This document shows positions 53,401-64,000 of a DNA stretch of 64,000 bases, piece after piece. The notes under the pieces were generated by a model. That model saw only the letters and a program-made list of their open reading frames with translations. It was not told the DNA's origin and did not search any database. Source of the DNA: Macrostomum lignano (Eukaryota); contig NIVC01000291.1 in the NCBI GenBank assembly GCA_002269645.1, forward strand, positions 62,001 through 126,000. Reading direction: 5' to 3'. The translations under genes and the position numbers were made by a program. The first letter of the stretch is position 1. Every line of letters starts with the position of its first letter.

Positions 53401-55723
53401 ATTGGCAAAGGCATCGATATGGTGGCCCAGGTCCAAGTAGTTGCCACTGTGCCTGACGTAGCACCAGGTGATGAGGGCCACGATGAGGACCCACACCATC
53501 CAGGTGCACAGGTTGGCCAGCGGGTCCAGGCCGATGAAGTCCAAGAAGCCGGCCAGGAAGTAGCAGAGCAGCAGGGCGCTGAACAGCACAGACAGGGTGC
53601 GCATGCCAACGTACACGTTCTTGGACTGGTTGTGCGCCCTGTACATCTCGAAGGCCTCGTCGCAGTCCAGGCTGAGCTGCTCCTCGTACTGGGCGCTGAA
53701 CTCCGGGCCGCCCATCTTGCGCAGCTTGCGGAACCAGACCAGGCTGTCATCTACGCAGCGCCTGTGCTCGTCCAGCAGCTTGTCCGGCGCCACGTAGGGC
53801 CGCTCGCCGCCGCAAACTTCCTCCATAAGGCCCGTGTACACCGTGCGGGAGGCGGCCACGGCGGCCAGGTTGTTGGCCTCCGCGGTGGCCATCAGCATCG
53901 TCTTCGGCTGCGGCAGGTCGTCGCCCTGAATTTGCGTTTGGGTGAAATCAGTGCGGGGCTGCTGCTGGACCAGATGCCTAATGTACTATGCTGGGGGGTG
54001 GGGCGGGGGGGGGCTTGTCTAGCAGGACGATGGAGAAGGGTGTCTGTCTGCCGCATAGTGATGATGGAGAAGGGTGTCTGTCTGCCACATAGATGATGGA
54101 GAAGGGAGTCTGTCTGCCACATGGATCATGTAGAAAGGTGTCTGTCTGCCACATAGTGATGATGGAGAAGAATGTCTGTCTGCCACATAGTGATGATGGA
54201 GAAGAATGTCTGTCTGCCACATAGTGATGATGGAGAAGGGTGTCTGTCTGCCACATAGATGATGGAGAAGGGAGTCTGTCTGCCACATGGATCATGTAGA
54301 AAGGTGTCTGTCTGCCACATAGTGATGATGGAGAAGAATGTCTGTCTGCCACATAGTGATGATGGAGAAGAATGTCTGTCTGCCACATAGTGATGATGGA
54401 GAAGAATGTCTGTCTGCCACATAGTGATGATGGAGAAGGGTGTCTGTCTGCCACATAGATGATGGAGAAGAATGTCTGTCTGCCACATAGTGATGATGGA
54501 GAAGGGAGTCTGTATGCCACATGGATCATGTAGAAGGGTGTCTGTCTGCCACATAGTGATGATGGAGAAGGGTGTCACAGCAAACCTAGGCTGCCAGAAA
54601 GGGGTGCTCAGCTTCGAAATGTGAACACAAACACAAGTGTGACGAGGTCCGCAGGCCCGCATACCTGGTAGATGGGCATGTAGGCCTTAAAGTAGTGAAG
54701 CAGCTCCTGGCAGGTGACGTCGGCCCCGTTAATTCGCTTCACCACCAGGTTGGCGGGGGCCAGCAGGCGGGGCACCAGCAGGCGCAGCTGAGCCACGAAC
54801 TGCGGATGGATGGCAGACAGCCGGCCGTCGAAGGTCGGGTCGGTGGCGACGTCCAGGCCGGGATGCGGCAACAGGAAGCAGCTGATGTCATCGAAGCACT
54901 GGCGAATGTGCCGGCGCAGCTGCTGCAGCTCGTGGTGCTGCTTGTCGTTGATGAGCAGTCGCTTCTCCAGCAGGGCGCGGCCGCCCTCCTCACCGAAGCC
55001 GTGCTCGTACGGGTAGCTCCAGTCGCGCACGAGAAACAGCAGGTGCTGGAAGGGCGCCCCGGCGCTCTCAAGGCTCTCCTGGGCCAGCTTGCCGTACTCG
55101 GTGAACAGCTGCAGGTGCTGCAGGTCGTCCTCCTGGATGTTGGTGCTCAGGTTGTAGATCTGCACGCTGCTCAACATGGTGCTCAGAGCGAACACGGTGG
55201 CGCAGTCCCGCACAGTCGATTGGCTGTCAAAAGCGCCCTGGGTGTCCATGAGCAGCACGGCCACCTTCTCCCCGCCGGCCAGGGTGACCAGGAACGGCTC
55301 CGACCACAGCAGGATGCCGGTGGTGTCCCGCTCGGAGCCGCCGCGCCAGGAGAAGCCGCGCAGTGGCTGACTGCTGGACCCCAGCCAGTCCTCGGCGCCG
55401 CAGCTGCCCGCCAGGCCGCCGCCGTCCGTGTCAGAAATGCAGGCAAGGTAGCGCAGGAAATAATTGAGCAGGAAGGACTTGCCCTTGCGAAATGCACCGG
55501 CCACGCTGACTACGGCGACCCGGTGGTCCCGGATTCGATCGTTGAGCAGCAGTTGCTCAAGTGCGGGCAGGTCGAGGTCGAACTTGCCTTTGCCGTCCTC
55601 CCCATAGGTGGCGGTCACGATTTGAATTGGTCGGGGCACGGCGGCCGGGCCATCCATGGCAGCCAGCTGCTGCTGCTTGTGATGGTCGTGAGAGACTGGG
55701 TGCTCATTTGCCTCGCTAGACAT
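50416..55723 (-). CDS. ATL: Atlastin, ER membrane fusion GTPase; coding exons 55723-54665, 53925-53386, 50556-50416 (about 579 aa)
   Basis: P-loop [12 protein letters not shown] and RDW motifs; [19 protein letters not shown]; two TM helices; a C-terminal exon [19 protein letters not shown] resembling the invertebrate atlastin tail. Junctions are GT-AG and phase 0. Confidence 0.93.
50575..51290. repeat. 30-bp minisatellite TGGGATTCAGGTTGAGCAGTGCTAATGGTA next to the acceptor of the last atlastin exon
   Basis: About 23 units. Confidence 0.95.
52215..53370. repeat. 20-21-bp minisatellite CACTGACCCCAA(T/C)(C/T)CCAGC next to the atlastin exon 2 donor
   Basis: More than 50 units in several sub-variants. 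Confidence 0.95.
54030..54575. repeat. About 34-bp minisatellite in atlastin intron 1
   Basis: TCTGTCTGCCACATAGTGATGATGGAGAAG units. Confidence 0.93.
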
Positions 55724-55799
55724 TGTTGCAGAGTCTGCTTTTTTGATAGCTGTGCTGAGTGACAACTCGAGTTTGTTGGCGCTGACGTTGCGGCAAGCT

Positions 55800-56320
55800 G
55801 CAGTTTGAGATGGTGGGGAGGGGGCTGATATTGCAGTTTGAGATGATATGAGGGCTGATACTGCAGTTTGAGATGATATGAGGGCTGGTGCTCCCAGTTT
55901 GAGATGATATGAGGGCTGGTGCTCCCAGTTTGAGATGATATGAGGGCTGATACTGCAGTTTGAGATGATGAGGGCTGATACTGCAGTTTGAGATGATGAG
56001 GGCTGATACTGCAGTTTGAGATGATATGAGGGCTGATACTGCAGTTTGAGATGATATGAGGGCTGATACTGCAGTTTGAGATGATGAGGGCTGATACTGC
56101 AGTTTGAGATGATATGAGGGCTGATACTGCAGTTTGAGATGATATGAGGGCTGATACTGCAGTTTGAGATGATATGAGGGCTGATACTGCAGTTTGAGAT
56201 GATGAGGGCTGATATTGCAGTTTGAGATGATATGAGGGCTGATACTGCAGTTTGAGATGATATGAGGGCTGGTGCTTCCAGTTTGAGATGATATGAGGGC
56301 TGGTGCTTCCAGTTTGAGAT
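55800..56320. repeat. 30/27-bp minisatellite GCAGTTTGAGATGATATGAGGGCTGATACT between the atlastin 5' end and the mariner
   Basis: About 18 units. Confidence 0.94.
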
Positions 56321-56345
56321 GACAAAAGAGCTGCAGTACAATATA

Positions 56346-57599
56346 TTCGGTTGGGGAGAAAGTTCCCGCGGTTTCTAGAACTTTCTGTCAAACTGAGTTT
56401 TTTTAAAACTAAAAGCCAATTAAGAAACAAAATAATCACCATCACAATCGATCACCTTCTGCCATTTTTCGGGCAGACTCATAATACCGTCACTGTAAAA
56501 TTTCTCTGGCTTTGAAGTGAAAAAGTTGTTCAGCCAGTTATCGAGCTCTTCATCATCAGCGAAGGTTTTGTTGTTCAAGGCGTTGGCCAGAGACAAAAAC
56601 AGGTGATAGTCGCTTGGTGCCAAGTCTGGTGAATACGGTGGATGGGGCACCAATTCCCAGCCAAGGTCTAGTAGCTTTTGGCGAGTCACCCTAGCAGTGT
56701 GTGGACGAGCGTTATCATGGAGGAATCGTACCGGGCCATGGTTTGGACGCTTCTGTGCAATGGCGGCGGCCAATCGGTCCAGCTGTTGGCAGTATAGGTC
56801 AGCCGTAATCGATGTGTTGGGTGGCAGCAGTTCGTAGTAGATGACGCCCTTGCAGTCCCACCACACGCACAGCATGACCTTGCGTGGGTGGAGTCCGGCC
56901 TTTGGCTGCAGCTCGGGCGTTGCGTCAGCATCAACCCATAATCGTCGACGTTTGATGTTGACGTACAGGCACCACTTTTCATCGCCCGTAACGATGGACT
57001 TCAGCCAGTTGTGCGTGCGCCTGTAGGAGAGGAGAGAAGTGGCCACCTCTGCCCTGCGCTCCTTGTCCCAATCTGACAATTGGTGGGGTACCCATTGTGC
57101 CAGCTTGTACACCTTGCCCAGCTGATGCAAATGACTGGTGACCGTTTTATGGTCTACATCAGGGACTTGCGCTAACTCACGCGTGGTTTGCCGAGGGTCA
57201 GCCTCTACGAGTGTGCGCAGCCGGTCGTCATCAACCTCAGAGGGACGACCTGACCGGGGCAAATCTTCGAGGTAAAAATTTCTCTGGCGAAACCGCGCAA
57301 ACCAGTCCTGGGCGGTGCATTCAGACACGGTACCCGCACCAAATGCAGCGTTGATTCGGTGGCTGGATTCTGCGGCTGACAGTCCAGATTTGAAGTCGTA
57401 AAGCAGGAGACCACGAATATAGGCCCGAGAGAGATCCATAATGCTGGTGACTAGTGAGTAATCTCTTTGGTTTAAATAGCATGTTAGAATCACACACACC
57501 CACCCTCAATATATATCCACACAGCCAGGCTCTGGAATGTTCCAGAAAGTTCTTAGACAGAAAGTTCTAGAAACCGCGGGAACTTTCTCCCCAACCGAA
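56346..57599 (-). mobile_element. Intact mariner (Tc1/mariner DD34D) DNA transposon, 1254 bp
   Basis: Perfect 44-bp TIRs TTCGGTTGGGGAGAAAGTTCCCGCGGTTTCTAGAACTTTCTGTC at 56346-56389 and 57556-57599, flanked by TA on both sides. Confidence 0.95.
56420..57439 (-). CDS. Mariner transposase, 339 aa
   Basis: Open ORF from MDLSRAYIRG with WVPHQL, TGDEKW, HDNARPH and YSPDLAPSDY. There are 34 residues between the second and third catalytic Asp. Confidence 0.95.
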   Translation of the reverse strand: MDLSRAYIRGLLLYDFKSGLSAAESSHRINAAFGAGTVSECTAQDWFARFRQRNFYLEDLPRSGRPSEVDDDRLRTLVEADPRQTTRELAQVPDVDHKTVTSHLHQLGKVYKLAQWVPHQLSDWDKERRAEVATSLLSYRRTHNWLKSIVTGDEKWCLYVNIKRRRLWVDADATPELQPKAGLHPRKVMLCVWWDCKGVIYYELLPPNTSITADLYCQQLDRLAAAIAQKRPNHGPVRFLHDNARPHTARVTRQKLLDLGWELVPHPPYSPDLAPSDYHLFLSLANALNNKTFADDEELDNWLNNFFTSKPEKFYSDGIMSLPEKWQKVIDCDGDYFVS

Positions 57600-60277
57600 T
57601 AAATTGTAGCATATCAAGGATAAGTTGCAAAACTATCAAATTTTTGACAATTTTCTCCATTTTTAAAAACATTTTTTGACAGAATTAGATGTCAAATTGA
57701 AGTTTTTTGTTATTTTTTGGGCAAGTCATAAACCAAAGTTGCTTGTTCTAGTTTTTTAGCTAATGTAATTTTAAAGGCTGCATATATATAATTAGCTTTA
57801 TATTTATATTACTATAATTTTATATTCAAATTAATATAATTTAACTATAACCTAGTTGTCGTGCTAAAGTAAGAAATAAAAGTTCAACTAAATCCCTAAT
57901 TTGGCTAGGATTTATAATTTAATTTACTATTAAGCTTATACTAATAAAACAAATCAGATAATTTATTATGTTTGTCTTTTATTATAATAAAAAATAAGAC
58001 AAAAGGCTAAGCTAATAACATAATGCATAATATTATTATAAATAATAAGAAAATATAGTTTACAAATAAATAATTTGGCCTTGTAATATACCAAAAACTA
58101 GATTATAATATAGTTAAACAACTATTTACAAAATTTTCAAGTTTTAAATTTATTATATTATAAATATTTTGGACTTTCATTTTTGTTAGAATTTAGGGGT
58201 TGCTTTTGTCTAAGAGTATATATTTATTTATTTACTATCTATAAAAATGTACTTTTTTTCTTCAATGTACATAAGCCATCCTATCTTTGCTTAACCCACT
58301 ATACATTAAATAATAATAACTAAAAAGGTACAATTTTGGTTAGTATATTTTTTCTACTTTTTGTATTTGTTTGCTTATGTGAGATTGCACAAATTGCTGA
58401 AGGCAAAATTCTATCCAATTTTGCTTGCTTCACTAATTTTTTATTACTAAGAAAATGTCTAATATAGAAACTAGTATATAAAGCATGGTTGAAACAGATA
58501 AAAAGACAGTGAAAAAAACCAAGTCAAACTAGGGCACTCTGAATTTGTATATAAAGTGGCTCTAGATTGGCTAGTGAATATAAACTGGTGCTAATGTTGG
58601 AAGATCTAGACTATTTTTTGCCTAATAGTAATATGACAAAAAGCACACCTCAGTTAAGTTGAAAAAGCTAGGTGATCTAATCTGATGGATATAATGGTTA
58701 TCAATCTAATAAATCTAATAGAGATAGATTGTAAAGTTAAATTAGATAGCAATGGATTGCTTCATCTGCATGTGCAAAATAAATTACCAATTAATAGTTT
58801 AATACCTTGGTATATTACTACCAATAGATTAGGGAAAATAATAACAATGACATACCCAGTATTCTTTTTCAATAGCCATTATAATAGGCTAAGTATGATA
58901 TAATTGCTATAGAATTAGTGTATAGAGTTATAATAGAATAAACCAGGAACAAGGAAGATAGGCCCCTAGAACAAAATAAAGTAAAAAAGTTTAGTAAAAT
59001 GCAGCCCATGAAGATGGAGACAACTTGAATGCAACAAATACATTTAAACAATAATTGCAATAGATAACAAAATGGCCAGGACAAATGATTATACTAGACC
59101 TAATCAATAGGAACCTAATTAACATTTAAAGGAAAAATGTTTTAGGCATTTTAAGAGGAGAGCCTGAAGTGAGAGGCTATTTAATAATATTGCTTTTTTA
59201 ATTTTAAATTTGCTATCAGGCTATCTTATTAATCACATTGGCTATTATCATTGATCTTTTAGTTTTAAATGCCAGACCTATTGTCATTGACTGACAAATA
59301 AGCTAATGACCAAATAAGCTCGAAAAATTAATTTGTAGTAGGCCTACCTAAAATGGCATAACTAAAACTAGACTAGGCCTAGATAAAAAATATTTTAATA
59401 TCTTTATAGGCCTAAGATAGGGCCTACAGCCTAGATTTGCTTTTGTCCCTTTGATAAATAGGCCTAGTAAGCGGTAGGCCCAATTATTGTTAATAATGAC
59501 AATGTTATTGATACTATAGGCAGAGGCCTAGCATAAAATGTCATAAAATATTTGTAAATTGTAGTTAGGCCTAAACTAGTTCTAAATTAGTTCATAAGAA
59601 GTCAGAACAGAAGACTGTTGTATAAATTATAAGAAGACTATTCTGTCTTTTTTCAATAATTATAAATCAATTGAAATGCTTTGCGAGTAGCGCTTAAGCT
59701 TAACTCTTAAACTTACGTAACTAATATAGATCGAAGACTAAGAGCTAAGTATAATTGTTAAAACTTAAAATTTATTCCCAATTATTAATTCTGCATAGTA
59801 GTAGTAGTAGTAGTAAGTTGGCTCAGGCAAGAAGCCTGTTTGGCCAGTATATTTCTGTGTATTTAAGTTATTTTAGCATTAGTTGTTTAATTACGATTAA
59901 GTTCGAAAGGTTAAATTTGTTCAAAAGGTTAAATTTTTACACGAGTTACGATGCGAGTTACGATATTTGTAAAATTATTAAGGTATTTGAAAGAGCGTTT
60001 TTTGTAAAAAGATGTAGTATTTTGCAAGTGCGCAATATTTCAAAGCGTGAAAAACGAACGAAAAATGGACAAAAACGAACTTCGAAAGAACTTTAACGTT
60101 AAACGAATAGCGACGATTTAAATAGGTATTAGATAGGAAACTAATTAAATACTAATTAAATGCTAATTAAATAGGAAATTAAAAAGACAGTAAATGAATA
60201 AACAAAAGAAAAGCGGATTTATTACACTGCTGATATGTCTGTTTCAGTTTGCATAACTGTTTTAGCTATTCATGACT

Positions 60278-60900
60278 TCATATTTTAGCTACACCAGTGA
60301 GCTCTTTTCTGACTCTTTTTTCATTTGTAGCATATCCTAACTTGTGTACTTGCTTGTCATTTAAGAGGTACTGGCAGAAGTATTTTTTTCTGATCTTTTC
60401 AGTTTGTGGACATTCGGTCAAGTAGTGTAGGATATCGGAACCATTTCTCGCTCCACACAGTCTACATGCTTCATGAGAGAAAATGTTGGGTGTAATTTCG
60501 CATTTCAGTTTTAGGAGGGTTGTTAGGAATTTTTTGTTTCTAAAAGTGCATGGAAAGTAATCTGAAAGGTCGGGCCTGCAGATTTTTTTGTAGAGATAGG
60601 CGTTTTTGTAGAGTTTAATATGTTGCTGATTCTCTAGCTTTTGGCTAAGTTCTTTCTCTGTGTATCTTGAGGTGCTTTTTCACTAGGTATTTCTCGTTAT
60701 TAAAGCTTTGGGAAAGTTTATCTTCAGTTAGTGCTTTTAAGTCTATACTTTCCAGTTTCTTTAGTACATTTGTTTTCCATGGATTTTTTTGGCTGGTGTT
60801 TGAGTAGAAAATTTCTAGAGTCGTTTGGCAGAGTTTTTTGTCAAGGACTTCTAGACTAGCAGGACGTAAAACTCAAAGATCGTGTAAATTTTTAGGAGGA
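60278..60900 (-). pseudogene. Degenerate non-LTR retrotransposon ORF2 C-terminal fragment
   Basis: My translation reads ...FLTTLLKLKCEITPNIFSHEACRLCGARNGSDILHYLTECPQTEKIRK...KI* (a CxxC...H...C knuckle), with a frameshift near 60680. The 5' boundary is approximate. Confidence 0.55.
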
Positions 60901-61642
60901 CGATTTCCTGGAAAAAATACACTGCGGAGATAGGAGAAAATCATTTTTTCATCACAAAATCAATGATTGCATTTGATCTAAGGCAGCTAAGATAACCATT
61001 CTTTTTATTTAGCACGCACAACATGTTACTCTATTATATTTTAATGTAGTTGTGTCTTGAAAGTTTCATCTTCATATTATTTTCTTTTTATTTCATAAGC
61101 CCCAAGTTGCAAAATACTCACAAGTGGCATTAGCCGAACTTTGTATTTTTCCTTTTTAAAATCAAGTATATTTGCAATAAAAATGCTGCATTACGGTACT
61201 ATTAAGCCATTATTGTAGGTATAATTCCATTTCAATGTAGTAACTATACTAATAGACCTGTCTATGTAGTTAAATATATAAGGACAATATTTACAATATG
61301 CCCCCACCATTTTCATTTTTCTTGTTTTACCTAGGCCTCAAGTCTTTAGAAAGCTATCAGTTTTTACCTGAAAGCCAGACAGAAAAAAAATGGTTAGGGC
61401 CTAGGCCTAGTCACAAAAATGGGCACTAACCTTTTTTCTAGGTTTTTACACTTTTAATTAGGCTTAGATTTTTAATTTTTTATTGCAAATTTGAATACAC
61501 TATACTATATAAACTAGGCCTAGCACCCAGCTGGTTTAGGTTTACCTTCCTTGAATTATATATTTTGTTGAATATAATACCTTTAAAATTGCAATTTTAG
61601 TTTGTAATGGTATATTTCATATCATATTTGAATCATAGGCCT

Positions 61643-61821
61643 CATACATGCGCAACCTTAGGGATCACTCGGCCATTTCTATTGGCAACACAGAACACAC
61701 ACATGTAAGTTGCTATTGGATGGAATAGTAGTCACGTGATTGCTCTCAGCCAATAGCAACTTATATATGTGTGTTGCCAATAGAAATGGCCGGGTGAATC
61801 CCTAGGTTGCGCCCAAGCATG
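61643..61821. mobile_element. Palindromic hAT MITE, copy 1 (179 bp)
   Basis: 8-bp TSD ATAGGCCT at 61635-61642 and 61822-61829. Ends are CATACATGCGCAACC...GGTTGCGCCCAAGCATG, with long internal inverted arms. Confidence 0.85.
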
Positions 61822-63600
61822 ATAGGCCTAATTATTAGATTATTATAATAGGTCTTTTATTATAAACTAAAAAATGGGTAATACAATACTGCATGCCCAC
61901 ATTTATCTTAACTTTAGCATTTATTTACTATTGAAACTAGGCCTAGGCCTTATTGCACTCATAAAGCTTTGAAACTAGGAATATTTAGGCCTATTCATTT
62001 TACTACCTTATATCTATTTATAAAACTAAGCTGGCTCTAATAATTGACAATGAAAATCTAGTTTTTAGTATTAATTTAAAATTTGTTTATTAATTTAGTT
62101 ATCTATATTCAGTTTTAATTTTATTTTTTATAGGTAAATATGATTTTTTAATTAGTATTATTTAATAACTTAGATTTTGGCTATTAGGGTCTAATCCAAA
62201 TACTAAATAGTACTTAGATGTCTAATTGTTACATTTTTTATTCAATAATCTTTAATTTTACTATAAGTATTTTGTACCAATATATTATCCTATCATCTAT
62301 CTTAATAGATAGATAGTTATCATGCCAATTAAATTTTTGGTAATAACTTACACTAGCAACCATTTTAGACAAAAGGCTGCAAAATCTAATCTTGTTAGAT
62401 TTCAAACAGATTTCCTTATGATATAAATTATGTCTAGCATTGTATTTGACATACTTAATCCTTTGATCTTTCATGTGCCTATCTGACTTCAGTGGAAATT
62501 TTTGCAAAGCATCAGCCTGCTAAAATGCCATTGCACAAGATGATATACTTTTGGATACCAATTAAAGTGATCCACAAAGTGTCTTTCCTGACACCACAAG
62601 GTCTTCATTACATTTGACTTTAGCAAGTGAGTAAATTTTCTAAATGTTGTTTTTTTTAATATATGGATAAGGGTTAGTCAAAAGCAAGGGTCAATGTGGT
62701 TGGGGCAAAAGATGATATATCCTTACCTTTTACATGGCTAGTTTCCCTAAATTTATGATGGCATAGTTTGTAGCAAAAGTTATGGTATAACCTTTTAGGA
62801 AAGTTCATTCCAATGAAAAGACAAAATTTCTCATTTTACCATTGCCCATACCTACCAACATTTTAGTGTGGTGGATGGACTCCAGCACTAGGCCTATTGC
62901 TCATCATTGCAGCACTCAAGTCAAAGTTTTGCATTTTTGGGCTTCCAACATCAACTAGAGCGATAGTCTCATTTGGAGGCCATGGAAAGCAATCTCAAGC
63001 ATGCTGGTAGAGCCTGGTGCCAACCTTGGAAAGAATTTGGAGCCCACCTGATTGTTAATCATTTTTCATCTGGCAGCTGCAACTGAGCATTGGAAATGGA
63101 ATTCACTATATCTATAACTGGCCAGCGGGAACTGCACACTGAGAAGCAATGCCCATGTCCTTCACCCCACATAACATTGAGGTCTCAGTCTCACTTTAGT
63201 GGTCTTAGCGATGTAGGATGCGATCTTCATAGACATGCCATTGAACCTGATCTGCTATGCCACATCTCAAGAAAGCTGACTAATGTTTTAAGGGTATAGT
63301 GCGGCAAGACTGAGTCTGATAGATAGTCCAATTTCAGCCACTGTAGGCCGACTGTGCAAAATTAATTGAAGCAAATGAGCTTCATGGTACTTGCTAATTT
63401 GCCAATTTTTTCTCTTTTTAAATACTGATATCTGCTTTTCTGTTTAGTTTAGCTACAGGTTGCGCAGCCATTGGAGCTAAGGCCGCCCACGCATTGCCTG
63501 GATGTAGTGCTCCTCACTAACCCCGTGCATAAAACTCCACATGGCCATGACAATCCAACTGCACACTGCACTGTTAGTTCCACAAAAAAATTCTATGCCG

Positions 63601-63770
63601 CATACATGCGCAACCTGGGGAATCACTCGGCCGTTTCTATTGGCAACACACATGTAAGTCGCTATTGGCTGAGAACAGTCACGTGACTACTATTCCATCC
63701 AATAGCAACTTACATGTGTGTGTTGCCAATAGAAACAGCCGGGTGAATCCCTAGGTTGCGCCCAGGCATG
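63601..63770. mobile_element. Palindromic hAT MITE, copy 2 (170 bp)
   Basis: Same termini as 61643-61821. The TSD is CTATGCCG / CTATGCCT (7/8 match). Confidence 0.82.
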
Positions 63771-64000
63771 CTATGCCTGGTAAACACTTAACACTACACT
63801 GCTGGTTATTATACTCATATTTCGACCTCCAAATTAAGCCAAGCCTTTACAGTATTTAAATTTACTTTTCTGATTTACTTTTAATTTACTTCATAGATAC
63901 AAGTACCATGTCATACAAAATATTTACTCAATTTCGCCCTTGCAGTTGCATATTATGAGCTGTGCATCTTTGTGCCTGGTTTATTTTTCCATTTCTGAAA

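Noticed and set aside
50306-53456. Repetitive ORFs ([26 protein letters not shown]) resembling mucins or membrane proteins
   Set aside because: They are intronic tandem arrays of atlastin.
54608-56341. 577-aa ORF taken as an N-terminally extended atlastin
   Set aside because: The first roughly 200 aa are minisatellite translation from a non-ATG start. An acceptor at about 55798 and the ATG at 55723 give a normal-length protein.

Overview
Eukaryotic (metazoan) genomic DNA with GC-rich spliced exons, introns and flanks filled by locus-specific minisatellites, and AT-rich intergenic tracts. The style suggests a free-living flatworm such as Macrostomum, which is an inference. Six host genes could be spliced by hand with GT-AG junctions and consistent phase: the 3' end of a Rap2-like GTPase (+), gamma-butyrobetaine dioxygenase-like (4 exons, -), IAH1-like SGNH esterase (4 exons, -), a short divergent NO VEIN/sacsin-type GHKL protein (5 exons, +), a universal stress protein (2 exons, +) and atlastin (3 coding exons, -). 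Two mobile elements look intact and young: a Mag-type Ty3/Gypsy LTR retrotransposon (142-bp LTRs, 5-bp TSD) and a DD34D mariner (44-bp perfect TIRs). Several non-autonomous elements are defined by TIR plus TSD (hAT, MULE-like, Harbinger-like, CMC/EnSpm-like), along with a solo LTR and LINE/SINE remnants, some of them nested. I cannot confidently claim a new enzymatic system. The most unusual signals are minisatellites anchored at splice junctions (one with a unit that regenerates AG|GTGAG), a palindromic hAT MITE whose core is flipped between two copies, dense TAGGCCTA palindromes in AT-rich DNA, a CMC-like element carrying a BEN-like remnant, and the shortened NO VEIN-like protein.
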